DNA from: Marsupella aquatica
Taxonomy: Eukaryota > Plantae > Marchantiophyta
Direction of reading: 5' to 3'
Assembly: GCA_973895155.1 (NCBI GenBank)
Contig: OZ316892.1
Coordinates: 26,497,233-26,561,232 of the forward strand
Length of the DNA stretch: 64,000 nt
The translations under genes were made by a program, and so were the position numbers. The notes below the pieces were generated by a model, which was not told the origin of the DNA, did not search any database, and saw nothing but the letters and a program-made list of their open reading frames with translations. Below, piece after piece: positions 40,463 to 53,601 of this stretch (its first letter is position 1; each line of letters starts with the position of its first letter).

Positions 40463-41725
40463 AATGTGGGTCTCTCCTTTGTCATCTCTCTAGGAGTTGA
40501 CTGAGTCGACTGTATGTGTAACTGATTTTGTGTGAGTGCTGGTCTGACTCCGTACTTTGGACAATCCTGGACATAGAAGCGGTACGTGTGGATTGGCGTT
40601 AATTAAGGAGAAACTCAGTCGGACTAATTGATTGCGGACACTCCAAAAGTAATAAGTAGAGTAGACATTCTCTACAGTGCTCTGAGCACAAGTGCAACAA
40701 TGAGTGTAGTTACGAAAGAATAAGTACCAATAGAACGTGTTATAAAAGGTCTATGAAAACTCTTGCAGAAAGTAAGGCAGCATTCAGGCATAGAATACTT
40801 GAAACATACTATAGCCATTCCTCTCCTATTGCAGTTTTGTGCCAACCGTCCGTTTCAAGCTGAAATTTGAATTTCAGTCTCGCTATATATGCCACAGAAA
40901 TTCGACAGGGTTGATGGCAATCGCATATAACTCGGCGCAAAGAGCTTGAACTTCACAGCATTTTAATAAACTCAAACCCTCCTGGACCTCTCTCATGATT
41001 TTGACAGATTCTTGCCTTGAGAATTCTTTTCAGTGTGCATTTCGAGTCCTTCTTCTTCTATTACTTTATTCTTGAATTGGCTTTCAATCGGTGATCTAAC
41101 AGAATGGAGTTCTAGCTAGTCTCATCCAATCGCCTGAAAAGAGCTAGATTTGATAGGAATCCTCGATCCTGCAATTAAAACTTGTTTCTCATCGGGTGTA
41201 ACTCCAGATTGTCTGGTGTACGTGGGGCCATGTTGCAAGAAGTGGCGAATTACTTTTGACTCAAGAGGTCCTTTACTGGTTAATTGTTTCAACCACATTC
41301 AATGTGTACATCTGGGTATCTTCGTATATTTCACGTGTATCCTTGGTCCAGTGACTGGACTCGTTACTAAAGAGAGTCCGAGGACAGTACGTGGTGAATT
41401 TTCTCTACAAACCTCTAACTCTGTTTTTCCCCTTGTACGGTCAGTCCTAAACCCAAACCTGCGTACGAATGCCGCAAATTGGCCAACGGGAAAACAACTG
41501 TTCTCATCCCTGTGAATCTCCGAAGGCCAAATTTGATGGTCAACAAAACCTCCTACAATACACCTAGAGCGATGATTCTAGTCTTGGTGTCTTCTCAAAT
41601 TGAAAGAGTGTGACCTGGTCGATCAACACTGTTCATATATGATCATCTCTTCTAACACTATTTCAGACTGTTGGAACTTTAGGAGAAGGAATTCGATGAG
41701 AAAAACGACCTCAATCTTAGATTGT

Positions 41726-42825
41726 CTATAACAATGTCGGTGCTCCTTTCGCGTCGGTACTAATCGCCAATACCTGACCACCAACGATGATGGATCCATT
41801 AATCGGTGCGAGCAATCCTCCTGCGGTAGTCACGTAAAGAGTGTTCTGGTCCCATTTCCCCCTCCCAAACGCGGCAGAAGTTGGCTCCGCAATCAGGGTC
41901 GAGATCACGTCTCCGGCAATGATTTGCTGAAGGCTTCCGTCGGGCGAGACCCTCAGTATCGAGTTGCCGCTTCCTGTGACCAGATACGCATTCCCAACAT
42001 TGTCGAAATTGAAGTCGTCGAATTGCCATGTAGCGTTGGCCAGGATGACTCCGTTTCCATTTGGTTTGCCGTCCTTTTTTATCGGCTGCCTAACGAAGAT
42101 TTTCTTGCCTACATTGGCAAAGTAGACGGAGTCACCTCGGACACGGACGCCGTCGACACCGAAGGGTGGAACTCGTGGAATTCCTAAAGGAGCCGAAGCT
42201 GTGAGGGCATTGGCGATCACTAGCTGTACCTTTCCGGTATCGACATTGAGCCGAAAAATTTGGCCACCAACAAAGTCACTGAGGAGGATGGTGCCCTCGT
42301 CTCGGGACAGCAGCGACATCCCGTTCAACGTGACGTTTTGCACGTCGGTGATCTTGGAGACTAATGGAGCAGGGCTTAGAGTTCCGTCTGCCTGCTGCTG
42401 GACGTTGCGCATGTCGACTTTCCACACGGCCCATGTGCTCGGGGCGAAATTGAGAGCTGCGAGGGTGAAGTTTCCGTCATGACGGCGAAAATGTCCGGCT
42501 TGTACTCGGCTATGCCCGTCAAGCTTTCGTACCCGTCGAAGCTGTGTACGAGTGTCGGCTGCCCAGTCTGGTTGGAGTTCAATAGAAGAAGAGTGGGAGA
42601 GGTGACAAGCGTGACCAGGATCTGACCATTCGAGCGAACAGCTAGGTTCTCGACGAATGTGCCGACGGGGAATTGATAGACAGTGCGCACCGGAAAAGGA
42701 AGGGAATCGGAGCCCGAATCATAGTTGCCTTGCGCTACACCTGAACTGACAAGGGATAGAACGATTGCAGCTAGTGTGAGTGAAATGGTGTTGAGCCTCG
42801 GCGAAATTAGACCGGCTACGGCCAT
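41726..42825 (-). pseudogene. Beta-propeller paralog with 1-bp frameshift near 42475
   Basis: ORFs 42825-42376 and 42427-41726 together align to 8383-9483. Confidence 0.8.
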
Positions 42826-42972
42826 GACTAGTATCGGGTCGAGGTAGATGGAGGAAAAGTTACAGAAACGTCAATCGAAATTGATTCCTCTCGATCCTCA
42901 CAGCTCGAAACGAGAAGGGAAAAGTACAAAAAGCAGTAGAGGAGTCGAGAGTGAACCGGCAGAACTAATATA

Positions 42973-43714
42973 TGTGAATGGAGGAACCAAAAAACGAACA
43001 AGTTTGAGAGACTGAAGAGTGGTGAAAGACATTCAGCGTGTATTGTGGCTCTGAGCTCTCTTGATTATAGAGGTGAGTGAATTGAGTCCAAGAGTCAATC
43101 CAAAACCTGGTTGAGTGATCTTGGTCTTAGCTGGACTTTTCTAGTCAAGCCGTTAAGCTCCGACGAAATTCGACGGATGAGAAGGGGGTCCGACCTCGGT
43201 TAGTCGGATTGGAATTGAGAGGAACACAGGGTATACTGGGAGCGTTTCTCTAATAGCATTTTCTTATTGAGAGGAACACAGGGTATACCGGGAGCGTTTG
43301 TCTAATAGCATTTTCTTATTCCAGTAATTATATTTTGGTTGGTCGTTTATATATTTCCCTCCGATAAAGTGCGTTGCCCGGGCGTGGACCATATTAAGAC
43401 CGTATGCACTCTCAGATTTTAGAGTCTGTTGTTTGACTTAGCTTCATGCACTCTCAAATCAAGACTTCTTTTGTTGCCTCAATTTAGCCCAAGAGTCAAT
43501 CTAGACCGGAAAGAGTGGTCTGGGTCTGACTTTGAGTCTTAGCTCAGTCCAGCGGCCCTCTATTTAGACCATGAGCCGTCATACTCTAGTTTCAAACTCC
43601 ATTGTTGACTTGGCTTTCTATGTAGACCCAGAGTGGTTTGGGTCTGAGTAAAATTGCTTCTATTTTGTGGGATCTACTTAGCACAGTTTTAGACAGTACT
43701 TACTTTGACTGACA
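42973..43714. mobile_element. Solo LTR (742 bp)
   Basis: TG...CA termini, perfect TSD ATATA (42968-42972, 43715-43719), absent in units A and B; internal ~52-bp tandem duplication. Confidence 0.8.
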
Positions 43715-45574
43715 ATATAAGGGCCGTGACTCTAAAGCAATTGGAGTCTATGAGGAAGCGCACACGATCGGCTATATATATCAACCTTGGCGCCGGGGAA
43801 TCAGACCATCAAAGCAGGGGTGCGTTCTGTCCAAAATACGATGGGGATCGAAGGACTGATTTGCCGGTTGCATTTCGATGCACGTTCAGGAGTCAGCATT
43901 TGTACAGGAAATGGTAATGTGTTCATTATGTTATAGCGCATTCCGATGAGGATCTCAAGACTGGCATCGCTGGTTATTTGGAAAAAGTAAATAGTCTTGG
44001 TGGATTGCTGGAGCTGTCTGAGCGTTTCGTTGTTTCGCTGTTTCTGTCAGCTTTCTACCATCCGCACATGCTTCGATCAATTTATTTGACTAATTGGCGG
44101 CGTTGTCGCGTTCCTTTTGGGAGGCCTGGCAGGTTCAAACATTCTGCATTGCATTTACTCGACACTCGAACTTTCTTCCGAGACCAAAATTAAACGAAGG
44201 AGAGGACATGCCACTGTGATTCCTTTTTCATTGATCCGTCTTCCTCGGCTGACTTGTTGCCAAAATTTCCCACTCACGACAGGCTTTAGATTTAAGCTAC
44301 CGGACAAATGGTATCGACAAGGATGCCCCAACTTGATCTTAGTGTGCCCCCTCGCCCCTAGCTCGGGCTCCCACTGGAAACTAGCGACCTAGCGTGGATC
44401 TTGCTGACATAAATATGTTCGCGAGTCTCATATCACAATATCACAGCTCTCCACAGACTTATCATAATGTCAACGTGTATTATATTAGGGTCAAACGCCA
44501 TCGAATCCTTGGCCTTGCCTTCGCCTTCATATTCGGGGATTTCATTGTCATTCGAAGCTGACTCTTTCGTTCGATCTTTTCTTGATTCCCTCGCGCTTTC
44601 CCTTAATTTACTAAAGGCTCGAATACCAAACTTCCAGGACATGCCACTATCATTAATAGGGTCGCGGTGACTGCACATAAAAAATCGAGAATAGGATAAG
44701 CAGAAAGAATACCATTCTGAATCAGGATTACAAATATCAATTCGGTTAAGTCCGTTCGACCACTGGGGCACTTGCCAAGTAGCGAAGTTCACGATAGCGG
44801 TGCTTTTTGACGTGCAGTTACTGCTTGGCTTATAAATAGCGATGACCACGTTTTGGTCTGTTTGCAAGAGCGTCTGCAACGTCGCCGTAGCTTTTCAGGA
44901 AGGTTCCTGACGGACTTGCCTGAAAGTTGTGCAAGTGCAGCAAAATCTGCCTAGACAAAGCTTCGCGCTTCAGCAAAGGGATCAATCGAGGGATCAATCG
45001 GATGATAACAACCAATAGTAGAGCTAAATTTGACGAGTCAACGTTCTGGACATAGTACTTGCTAGATGACAGCAAGTAGAGTTCTCTGCTTCGACAGAAA
45101 CGTGATCAGACAGACAATTTGTTACCCGAGTGCATGAGTGGAGCATTCTTTCATCTAATTTTAGAGTTGTGCCCGTCAAATTCTCCAGCTAGGCTTGAGC
45201 CCAGCTTATTTTTTAAGGTTTTTTTTGTTTCTAGCCAGTGTCCGCAACTCTAGGGCAGGAGACCACTCTAGGGAGTAGATGCTAAGAACATTATTTATTT
45301 TTTATAGACGAGATGCTTTATGAGAGTAACTCTAGGGAGTAAATGCTAAGAACATTCTTTATTTTTAATGGACGAGATGCTAAGAATCTTCTTTCAGATT
45401 TTTTAGGGTTAGATATCCTAGGTCTGTCAGATATCCCTAGATTTAGGGAAGTTCATCAAACCAGATTTAGGGAAGTTCCCCGGTTTGATGTGTCGGGCAA
45501 CTTGCCGAGTTGCCCGGCACGTAAACTCGTCATTGGCCGGCCTGAATTGTCCTCATTTGACGCATATTTGCTGT

Positions 45575-45935
45575 TATTCCCCGGCCTGGCCCGAACTTCT
45601 CCCTGGCCTGGCCCGAACTTCTCCCCGGCCCGGCCCAAACTCTTCCCGGCCTCTTCCCGGACTCGGCCCAGCCCCTCCCCTACCTCTCGTCACCCGGACC
45701 CGGCCCCAGCATTATGGCTCGGCCCCGGCTTTACATCCCGGCCCGGCTCGGGTGAGGAGGAGGCCCGGCCTGGGAGGAGGGAGGCCCGCGTGGAGGAGGG
45801 AGGGAGGCCCGGGTGGAGGGAGGAGGGAGGAGAAGGGCCCGGCCCGGGTGGAGGGAGGCCCGGGTGGAGGGAGGCCCGGCCCGGGGGCAGGGCGGCCTGG
45901 GAGGAGGGAGGAGGGAGGACCGGCCCGGGTTAAGG
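45575..45935. repeat. GC-rich GGCCCGG/GGAGG low-complexity block, C-rich half then G-rich half
   Basis: Many ggcccgg units; pyrimidine-rich half followed by a roughly complementary purine-rich half. Confidence 0.7.
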
Positions 45936-46613
45936 GAGGATAAGCCTGGGTTTTAAAGTTGTGGATAAACCCGATTGGGGTAAGCAATATCTGCTAATTT
46001 GGGGTGGTGTAGATTTCTCGCTTATCTAGTATGTCGACCCCACTAAATATAGAACGTGTCTCCATTCTAAATTGTATAAAACCATGAGTTTTTTTCATTA
46101 GACACACTTCACCAAAAGTAGAGCATTCTATGTAAGGAGGGATAGAGAAGACTTTTGTGCGCACGTGCTTGGAGGTTTTACTCGGCATGTGGTAATCCGC
46201 ATAATAATTTTCTTGCTATCCCTTAACAATTTAGTGGTACTTGTGGGTATTGTGAAATAAATTTTGACAATGTTGACATTTATGTACGCATGTTTGGAGC
46301 TAAAGCTTGACGTGTGATATTTTGCATGATTGTCACTAATTGTCTCATATGTTTTCACTATATTGGCAAATGCTCATTAAATTATAGATATCACATACGT
46401 CGGATAGGAATGTTAACAACCAAAAAACAAAAGAGAACCGCTGTGCGCATGTTTGGAGTTTCACTCGGCGTGTGATATTTCATAGTAGTTTTTTTTCTCG
46501 TTTTATTGTTGTTACTTCAAAAGAATAACAAATAATCATTCAAATTTTATTAAGAGACTATGTTTAGCGACGTATAAGAAGACACTGTGTGTGTAAAGTT
46601 CTTATTTTTGATC

Positions 46614-49299
46614 ATGTCATCCAAAGAAGATGAGTCGGGCAACTCATCAGCTCATTCTACTCTTGTTAGACACGATGGAAATCACAATCAAGATTGTAGT
46701 GCAAAATTCTCCCCAGTGTGGAATTATTTTGAACGATGTGATACACCATCAGCGTGTAATGATATTAATCGTATAAATCAAAGATGCAAATCTTGCAAGA
46801 AATATAAAATGCATCATGCAACACGAGCAAAAGCACATTTGATGGGAAACATACACAAAGGAGATGCGCCACCTTGCACAGGCTTGTATGAAGTTGTTGA
46901 CTTAGAAACATCAATAGAATGTACAATGTCATAAAGGTTGACCCATCCATAAAGTACAAACAAAGTGATGGAAGTCATATTATGTTATCCATGAGAGGTC
47001 GTAGGTCATATAACCCATCTTCCAATTTGCAAGCATCAACTCGAGACTCAAATTTTGTTGACCTCAATGAGGATGGAAATATGAGTCATCAAAGTAGAGC
47101 ATCAAACTATGCAAACCCAATCATGGATGCTTATCAAATTCCAAATAGAGCTCTTTTGGATAAGCTGTGGGCTAAAGTTTTTTATTCGAGTGGTATTCCG
47201 TTCAACGTGTCAGAGAATCCTTTCTTCCGTGAAGCAGTCACAAAAACCTCAAAAGGGATTGTAAATGGATATTCTCTTCCGGATATGCAAAATTTGCGAA
47301 TAAAATTATTGGAGGAGGCTAGAGTTGATCTTACAAAGGACATGACAAAAACAATGAAGGAGGCAAAACCCTTTGGATATTCTCTTTCATCCGATCGATG
47401 GAAAAATATCCGAAGGGAACCTTTGATGAATGTCATGTTGTTGAGTTCAAAAGGAGACTTCTTTTTGGATAGTTGAAACGCTGCACAAGCAGACAAGAAA
47501 GATGAAAAGTATCTTGGTGACATGCTCGGGGGTCTCACTATATGGGGACCTCCCCACCGCCTGCGACGGTTTTAGGGCTCGGACACCCTAAAATGTAAGA
47601 AAAAAAATTTATAATCCCCTATAAAGTTGGAATATTCTTGGAATATTCTAAAAATTGGATTTAAAAAGACCTAATGTTCTTATAAGTCTCAAAATTGAAT
47701 TTAAAAGACCCTATTGTTCTTCTACAAAAATTCTTAAGTCTTCCCTTAGAACCAATAAAATGACCCTATCCTTCGTCGCACGTGATATGCCATTTTTGTG
47801 GAAGTGAAACCCCCGAGGTGACATGTGGTTAAAATACATAGATGACATTGGCGCCGATCACATCATACAAATTGTTACCGATGGGGCGCCTGCAAATTGT
47901 GTAGCAGGTGAAGAGATAGTGATGAAAAAATATTTGCATGTGACGTGGAGTTGGTGTGCTGCCCACGTGTTTAATTTGTTACTAGAAGACATGTGTGGCC
48001 ACAAGAATGTAGAGCTAGATGAGTGGAAAAAAATCCATTCAAAGTGATTTTTAAGCACTTGAGATGGATAGTTAAAGCAGTTACATCATCACAAAAATTG
48101 TCTACAATATTTGTGAGGAAATCTAAAGTTGTTAAATCCAAATGCAACGAGATTTGCAACAATTTTTTTAATGGCGCAGAGAGCATTGGAGCTAAGAGGA
48201 GCTTTACAACAAATGGTCATTGATGATAAGTGGCAATCCTATCGTGATCGGCTGCTAGTTCGACCAAAGTTACAGGGGCATATGATGAGGGTAAAGGCAG
48301 ACGAACTTAAATCGTGGATACAGCAAGATACATTTTGGGCTCAAATAAAATCTACAGTCGCTTTTTTTTGCCGTTGGTGAAGATGTTGCAAGAATTTGAT
48401 GGAGTTTTACCACAGTCTCCTTGGCTATATTGGAGCTTGAAAAAAGGAATAGCTAAACTGGAGGCGAGTATGGAGAGGTGTACATTAGTAACGGATTACT
48501 TAAAACCAAAGATAATGAAAGTGTATATGGATCGACAAAAATCACTCACTACTAATTTTATGTTAGCAGCAGCATATCTGAAGCCTCAATTTTTCTTCGA
48601 TGAAGATGAAGATATGACAGGAGATGCAGAACTGTATAGAGGCTTCAATGATTACGTTCGTAGATATGAAGAACACAAGGTGAAGGCAGGAATCAACCAT
48701 GATCGAGATGTGACAATACTTATTTTTGACATCCAAATGCAGATATTTGAGGCTCAAAAAAAACTGTCAAATTCATCGGTTGCAATGAGAGGAGCACAAT
48801 CCAATATTGGGAAATTAAATCCTAGAGAGTGGTGGCATTTGTATGGAGCTGATTACGCGGAGCTAAGATTGATGGCCAGAAGAATCACGCATCAACAAAT
48901 GTGTGCATCTTCATGCGAACAAAATTGGAGTTCGTACGACTTTATCCATTCAAAAACCGTAACAGGTTGACCAATGATCGAGCAAAGGATTTGGTTTTTG
49001 TATTCACAAATTCGAGGGTGCAAAAAGGGCTCACGAAGGTGAGAAACCCTCATACATCTATGTACAGACAATATGATGAAAGAACAGCAACAAATGATGG
49101 GCCGAGACCTACTTCCATAGAAGGATGTCACACTAAAGAACATGGTGTTACGTGTGCGACTCTTGGAGAAGATGACGTGGAGGATTTTGATATAATTGAT
49201 GACGCAGATGAGATTTTGCAAGGATTATCATTACACAATGATAATGACATGTTGACTCGTATTCCACCAGATACTGAAATAAGTGATGCCGGAGAATAG
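46614..49299 (+). pseudogene. hAT-superfamily transposase (BED-like finger, DUF659-type core, dimerisation domain), disrupted
   Basis: VWNYFE..RCKSC..HL, GIPFNV..NPFF, SSDRWKN, QIVTDGA, WCAAHVFNLLLED, NATRFAT, WWHLYG, SSCEQNWS. Frameshifts, stops and a MITE insertion. Confidence 0.88.
47525..47817. mobile_element. 293-bp MITE inserted in the hAT transposase
   Basis: TIR CTCGGGGGT(C/T)TCACT, 14/15 match; 8-bp TSD GTGACATG; removing it restores YLGDMWLKY. Confidence 0.9.
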
Positions 49300-49869
49300 G
49301 AAGATGAAATGGATTTAATGATGTTCCCCACAATCGATGACAGAGTCTCAAATTCAGGATGACGAGGACTACTCATTCGATACAAACTTCGTCTACCCAA
49401 CATTCGTCCTTCACCTACCCAACATTGAATCTACAAAATGATGTCCAAGCAAGTACTTCATACTTATTTGAACGACAAGGTGCTGCGTCAAAGCTTTGTC
49501 CGGAGAGAACAACACCAACTTTGTTTGCGCAACCTGATGATGCACAATGGGGACAACATGCTTCTCCAACACTCAATATGTATGAAAGGCACAACATGAC
49601 AAATCCATACACATCAAGCATACATGCCCGTGTTGGCGCATTTCAAGAATATCATAGCGCAGATCTAGTCCAATGGATGACAAGATAATTTCAATTTGAT
49701 CGACAATTGCAAGAAAATGAAAACAATAACACAAGGCAGTTTTTGTCACAACCTTGACCTTGGTTTAGGTATTACATACTAGTACTATACGACAAACTAT
49801 GATATACTACGTCGGATTGTGCATGTCCTATGCAATAAAATATGCTATACTAAACATTGTGTTTGCAAT

Positions 49870-51795
49870 CTAGTCATTTTGGTTCTCATTGTCTTGCGCT
49901 TCTGCTTTCACCTCTGCCAGTTGCTGACGACGATGATGGCAATGAATCGATCGCTGCATGTTTTGCTCATCTATTGTTGGTCGATTGGCCATTGCATATT
50001 CCTTCCACTCTTGGAATCTACCGCTGAATAACAAATTATCAAATTCACCATCTGACAAGTTGTATTCATTGACTGTGAAGTTGTCAATGGGCCTTGAATC
50101 GATCTGTGCCATTGCAATACTCTCTTGAGTCATTTCTTCAGTGTCTTGCTATGTCTTCATTGGTGGCATTTGTTTTAACAAACCTCGTTGCTCATACTCT
50201 CGTTGATGAAATGGTTTTTGACACCAACATTTCTGGCTCTTCTTCATCCACCGAAACAAGCAAGCATGATGCCATAAGTGACCGCATGTTCCCAAAATGA
50301 AAACAAATTTGGGACCCCATGGATACAAGCACCAAGTACATCTTCCATCCTTTTCTCAAACAAATTGGGCCATACTTTCATCACTCTTTCACTTGTCAAA
50401 AAATTCCTCAACATCTTCTGGATCCTGCTCCACATCCAGAAAAAGATGAGATTCTCCCGTAGGATCAATCATTTGCAAGTTCATATAATTGTAGTTCATG
50501 CATCTTGATTTTTCCTTCTCTAACTGACCATCCACCTGAGCAATGTTCATTTGCTCAATCTTCTCTTGCAGATTGCTTATGATCACCTCTTGTGATGCAA
50601 CCTGATTCTTCAAATCCTGAATGACTCTATCTACCTCTTGAACTTGTTTCATTTGACTACCTTGACCATCCTTTTCGGCAAGTTGTTTGTTGAGCTTTGC
50701 GATCTCCTCCATCTTGTCGTACAGTTGCATCTTGTATTCCTTCACCTCTAAAGTAGTCGCACTTTGAATGGGCATTTTTTCCATTGCTTTCATCTTCAAA
50801 AGATTATCTTACAACTTTGACTTATAGTAGTCAATGCTGCCAGCTTCACAAAGGTCAAGACAAAACTTTTTGCAAAGATTATTCTCGATCAAATGACCAA
50901 TCTCTGTGCCCAAACTCTTGCACACAATCTTCATGCTCAATGATTTTTTCTTTGGATCCAAAACACCAGTGAACTTTCTTGGTAAATTGTTACTTGTAGA
51001 TGCTGCAATGTTTGATGTTTTGTCCACCTATTTTGATGCGCTAAAACTTTTGGATTTAGTGAAAAGTTGTTCCAGTGCAGTCGACTTATCTTTCTGATGT
51101 GCATGAATATCTTGCGTATCATGTATCTTTCTCTTTGATCATTTGTTGGTTGTTTGACTCGACATATCTTTTATAATATTTTTGTTGCTCTTCAAACCTG
51201 CAATGTGCAGGACAGACTGATGCACAGAGTGAGTCATCTTGCCCTTTTCTGTTTCCCAATGGTAATCCACCTTCCACTTCAGAATGAATTCAGCTATTAG
51301 GAGTCGGAGAATAGGAGGATAAACCGAGCTTGTTTTGCCTTGCGCCTTCTTTGGAGCATACTCTCAAAATCTTTGCTGCCAATGCTTGCCAATTTCCACA
51401 TGTGTTACCTTGAACATTGTGTACTTCTCTTGCATCCAAGACCTTGTGGCCCATAAATTTTCATCATCAAAAATGATTTTCATCCATTTTTGGAACTCCA
51501 CACATGGCATCAATATCTCCAATTCTTTGGCGTTGATGGGCCATTCATTGTGAGGAGGTTTCACATTTGGCATTGTGATATTCCATTCAACATCCTTGGT
51601 GTCCTCATCCATTTTGGTTATGCTTTGCCTTGCATGATTGCTACTCATTCCAATGTCCTCATCTATGGGTTGAGAATCTTCTTCAGCGTATTGATCCTGA
51701 GACCAAAGGTGTAAATCCTGAGCAGGTTGCAAATATAAATATGGAATCTTTCTAGGTTTTTCCTCCTCGTCGGATTCCAAATCCCATTTTCCCAT
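49870..51795 (-). pseudogene. Degenerate cargo gene of unknown function with coiled-coil region
   Basis: Chain of same-strand ORFs (MGKWDLESDEE..., YKMQLYDKMEEIAKLNKQL..., MTQESIAMAQ...) broken by stops and frameshifts. Confidence 0.5.
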
Positions 51796-51980
51796 CCTTG
51801 CAGATTCTACAATAACAAAAACATTTTTAGCATTCATTCGCCATACACTCTTCAAGATAAAAATGATAATAAAATACAATGAAGAAAAATAAGTAATACA
51901 TTTAATTCATATGACATTATTAAAATAGATAATAGTTCATGTCATCTATCATTGTCATTCATGATGAAACTATGTCATCC

Positions 51981-53601
51981 CTAATCTCTTAGATAAGGAC
52001 TATTGTGCTGAACTAATCTACAATCTTGGAATGTCCTCATCATTCTCAAACTCCAATGAACACAATCCATTCTTTTCTTCACATCAGTGGCCATCATGTC
52101 ACGTATCATAATCTCTAATTTAGGGCCATGCTCTCTAGCATTCCAACCCCTATTCAGATATAGTGTCATTGGGGTCATTCCATCCCAATTTTCTGTGAGT
52201 AATGTCTCAAAGATATTGCCCAAAGCATATATGTCAGTTGCTTGACTGTACTCTGCTGGATCGGAACGAACGAGCTCAGGCGCCAATTGTGGATATTGTT
52301 TTTGATACGCAACTACTTTCTCTGTAGGGGTGGGTCACATTCAATTTTGTGGTAATATGCATTGTAACTTGTGTTTGGACAACCCAAAATCACATATTCC
52401 TACATAAATTCTAATTGCCAAATCATCCTCGTGATCAAAATGAAGAAGGATGTTCCCAAAATGAAAATCACAATGGAAACGGTTGTGTGCATGCAAATAT
52501 TGCAAGGTCTCCAATAGAGCCATAGCAATTCCCAAATGATGTTCCAAAAAGAGTTTTTTTTTCAGATATGAATACCACATCAACCTCAGAAGTGGATTGT
52601 GTCTTCCCTTTGCTCTTACTCCATTTGTCACACTTATCTATGAAACTTCCCAAGTCACCTCCATTGTAATGGTCATAGATAAGTTTCAGGGGATCTTTGA
52701 TAGTCATTGCCAAGGCCCCAATAATTCCTTTGTGATTCAAACCTTCCATGAGCATTTCTTGTAAGGCATCTGTTTGTCTTTTGTGCCAGTCTCCATCCTT
52801 AAATCGTTTTGCAACCAGTGTTGCATTTTGAGGAATCAATGGGCAATCCAATATATGATATATGAACACATCCTTGGAATCAAGAAATGAATACTCCTGA
52901 CTATGGGAACAACTCGTGATGGACGGAATCCTTCTATCTGCAACCTCCACGCCAATCTCTCCAAACTGCACGACCTTGCTCGCATAGTTGACATTACTCT
53001 TCGATTTGGCCATTGCTAACTCTTTGCTCCATTTAGCTAGCAAATCTCTTCTATGTGTCACGTATAGCCCAGGAATTCCAAGCATGACGGCCCCAACCTC
53101 ATCCAAATTGGATTCCAACTTGTCCCAAAGATTTACCGCAAAGTTCAACGCCAAATGTTCAACAAATCCATCCGGCTTCTCAAAATCACTTATTAAGGCA
53201 GCAATTTTATCTCGGGTCATGTCCTCTTCTTTCTCCACAGTCTTACGCATGCAACGTCCCATGTCATTTAAAAGGTTTTTGTAACCCTCTGCTCCATGCA
53301 TAGCATACTTCCTCTCAAAGCCATCCTGCTCATACTGTGTTGGCAAAGTGTAGGGATATAGAATCTTTTTCCAAATTGCAACTAACACATGTTGTCTTCT
53401 CTCTTTCAATGCAATACCAATTGCTCCTCCTCTATGTTTCTATTTCCCTAAGGTTTTGCCATGTTTACAAATTTCTAAGGTTTTGTGAGCATTCCTTAGA
53501 CCATTGAGGGCATGAGGATTTGGTTGGTATCCCTTGTTTAGCATGGTCTTCATTGCCTCAAAAAGTTTCATATACTCTACACTCACATGTGCAGCAGCCA
53601 T
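51981..53601 (-). pseudogene. Intronless protein kinase (non-RD, HCD) with N-terminal helical extension, disrupted
   Basis: VAKRF, alphaC EMLME, YNGGDL, HCDFHFGNILL, DFGLSK, APEL, DIYALG. In-frame stops at 53440, 52341 and 52335; frameshift at the T run near 52555. Confidence 0.82.

Larger units (their letters stand above)
40500..45190 (-). repeat. Segmental duplication unit C (inverted)
   Basis: Reverse-complement homology to units A and B around the propeller gene. Confidence 0.8.

Noticed and set aside
45343-45987. 196, 152 and 91-aa Pro/Gly/Arg-rich ORFs
   Set aside because: Artefacts of GC-rich low-complexity repeats.
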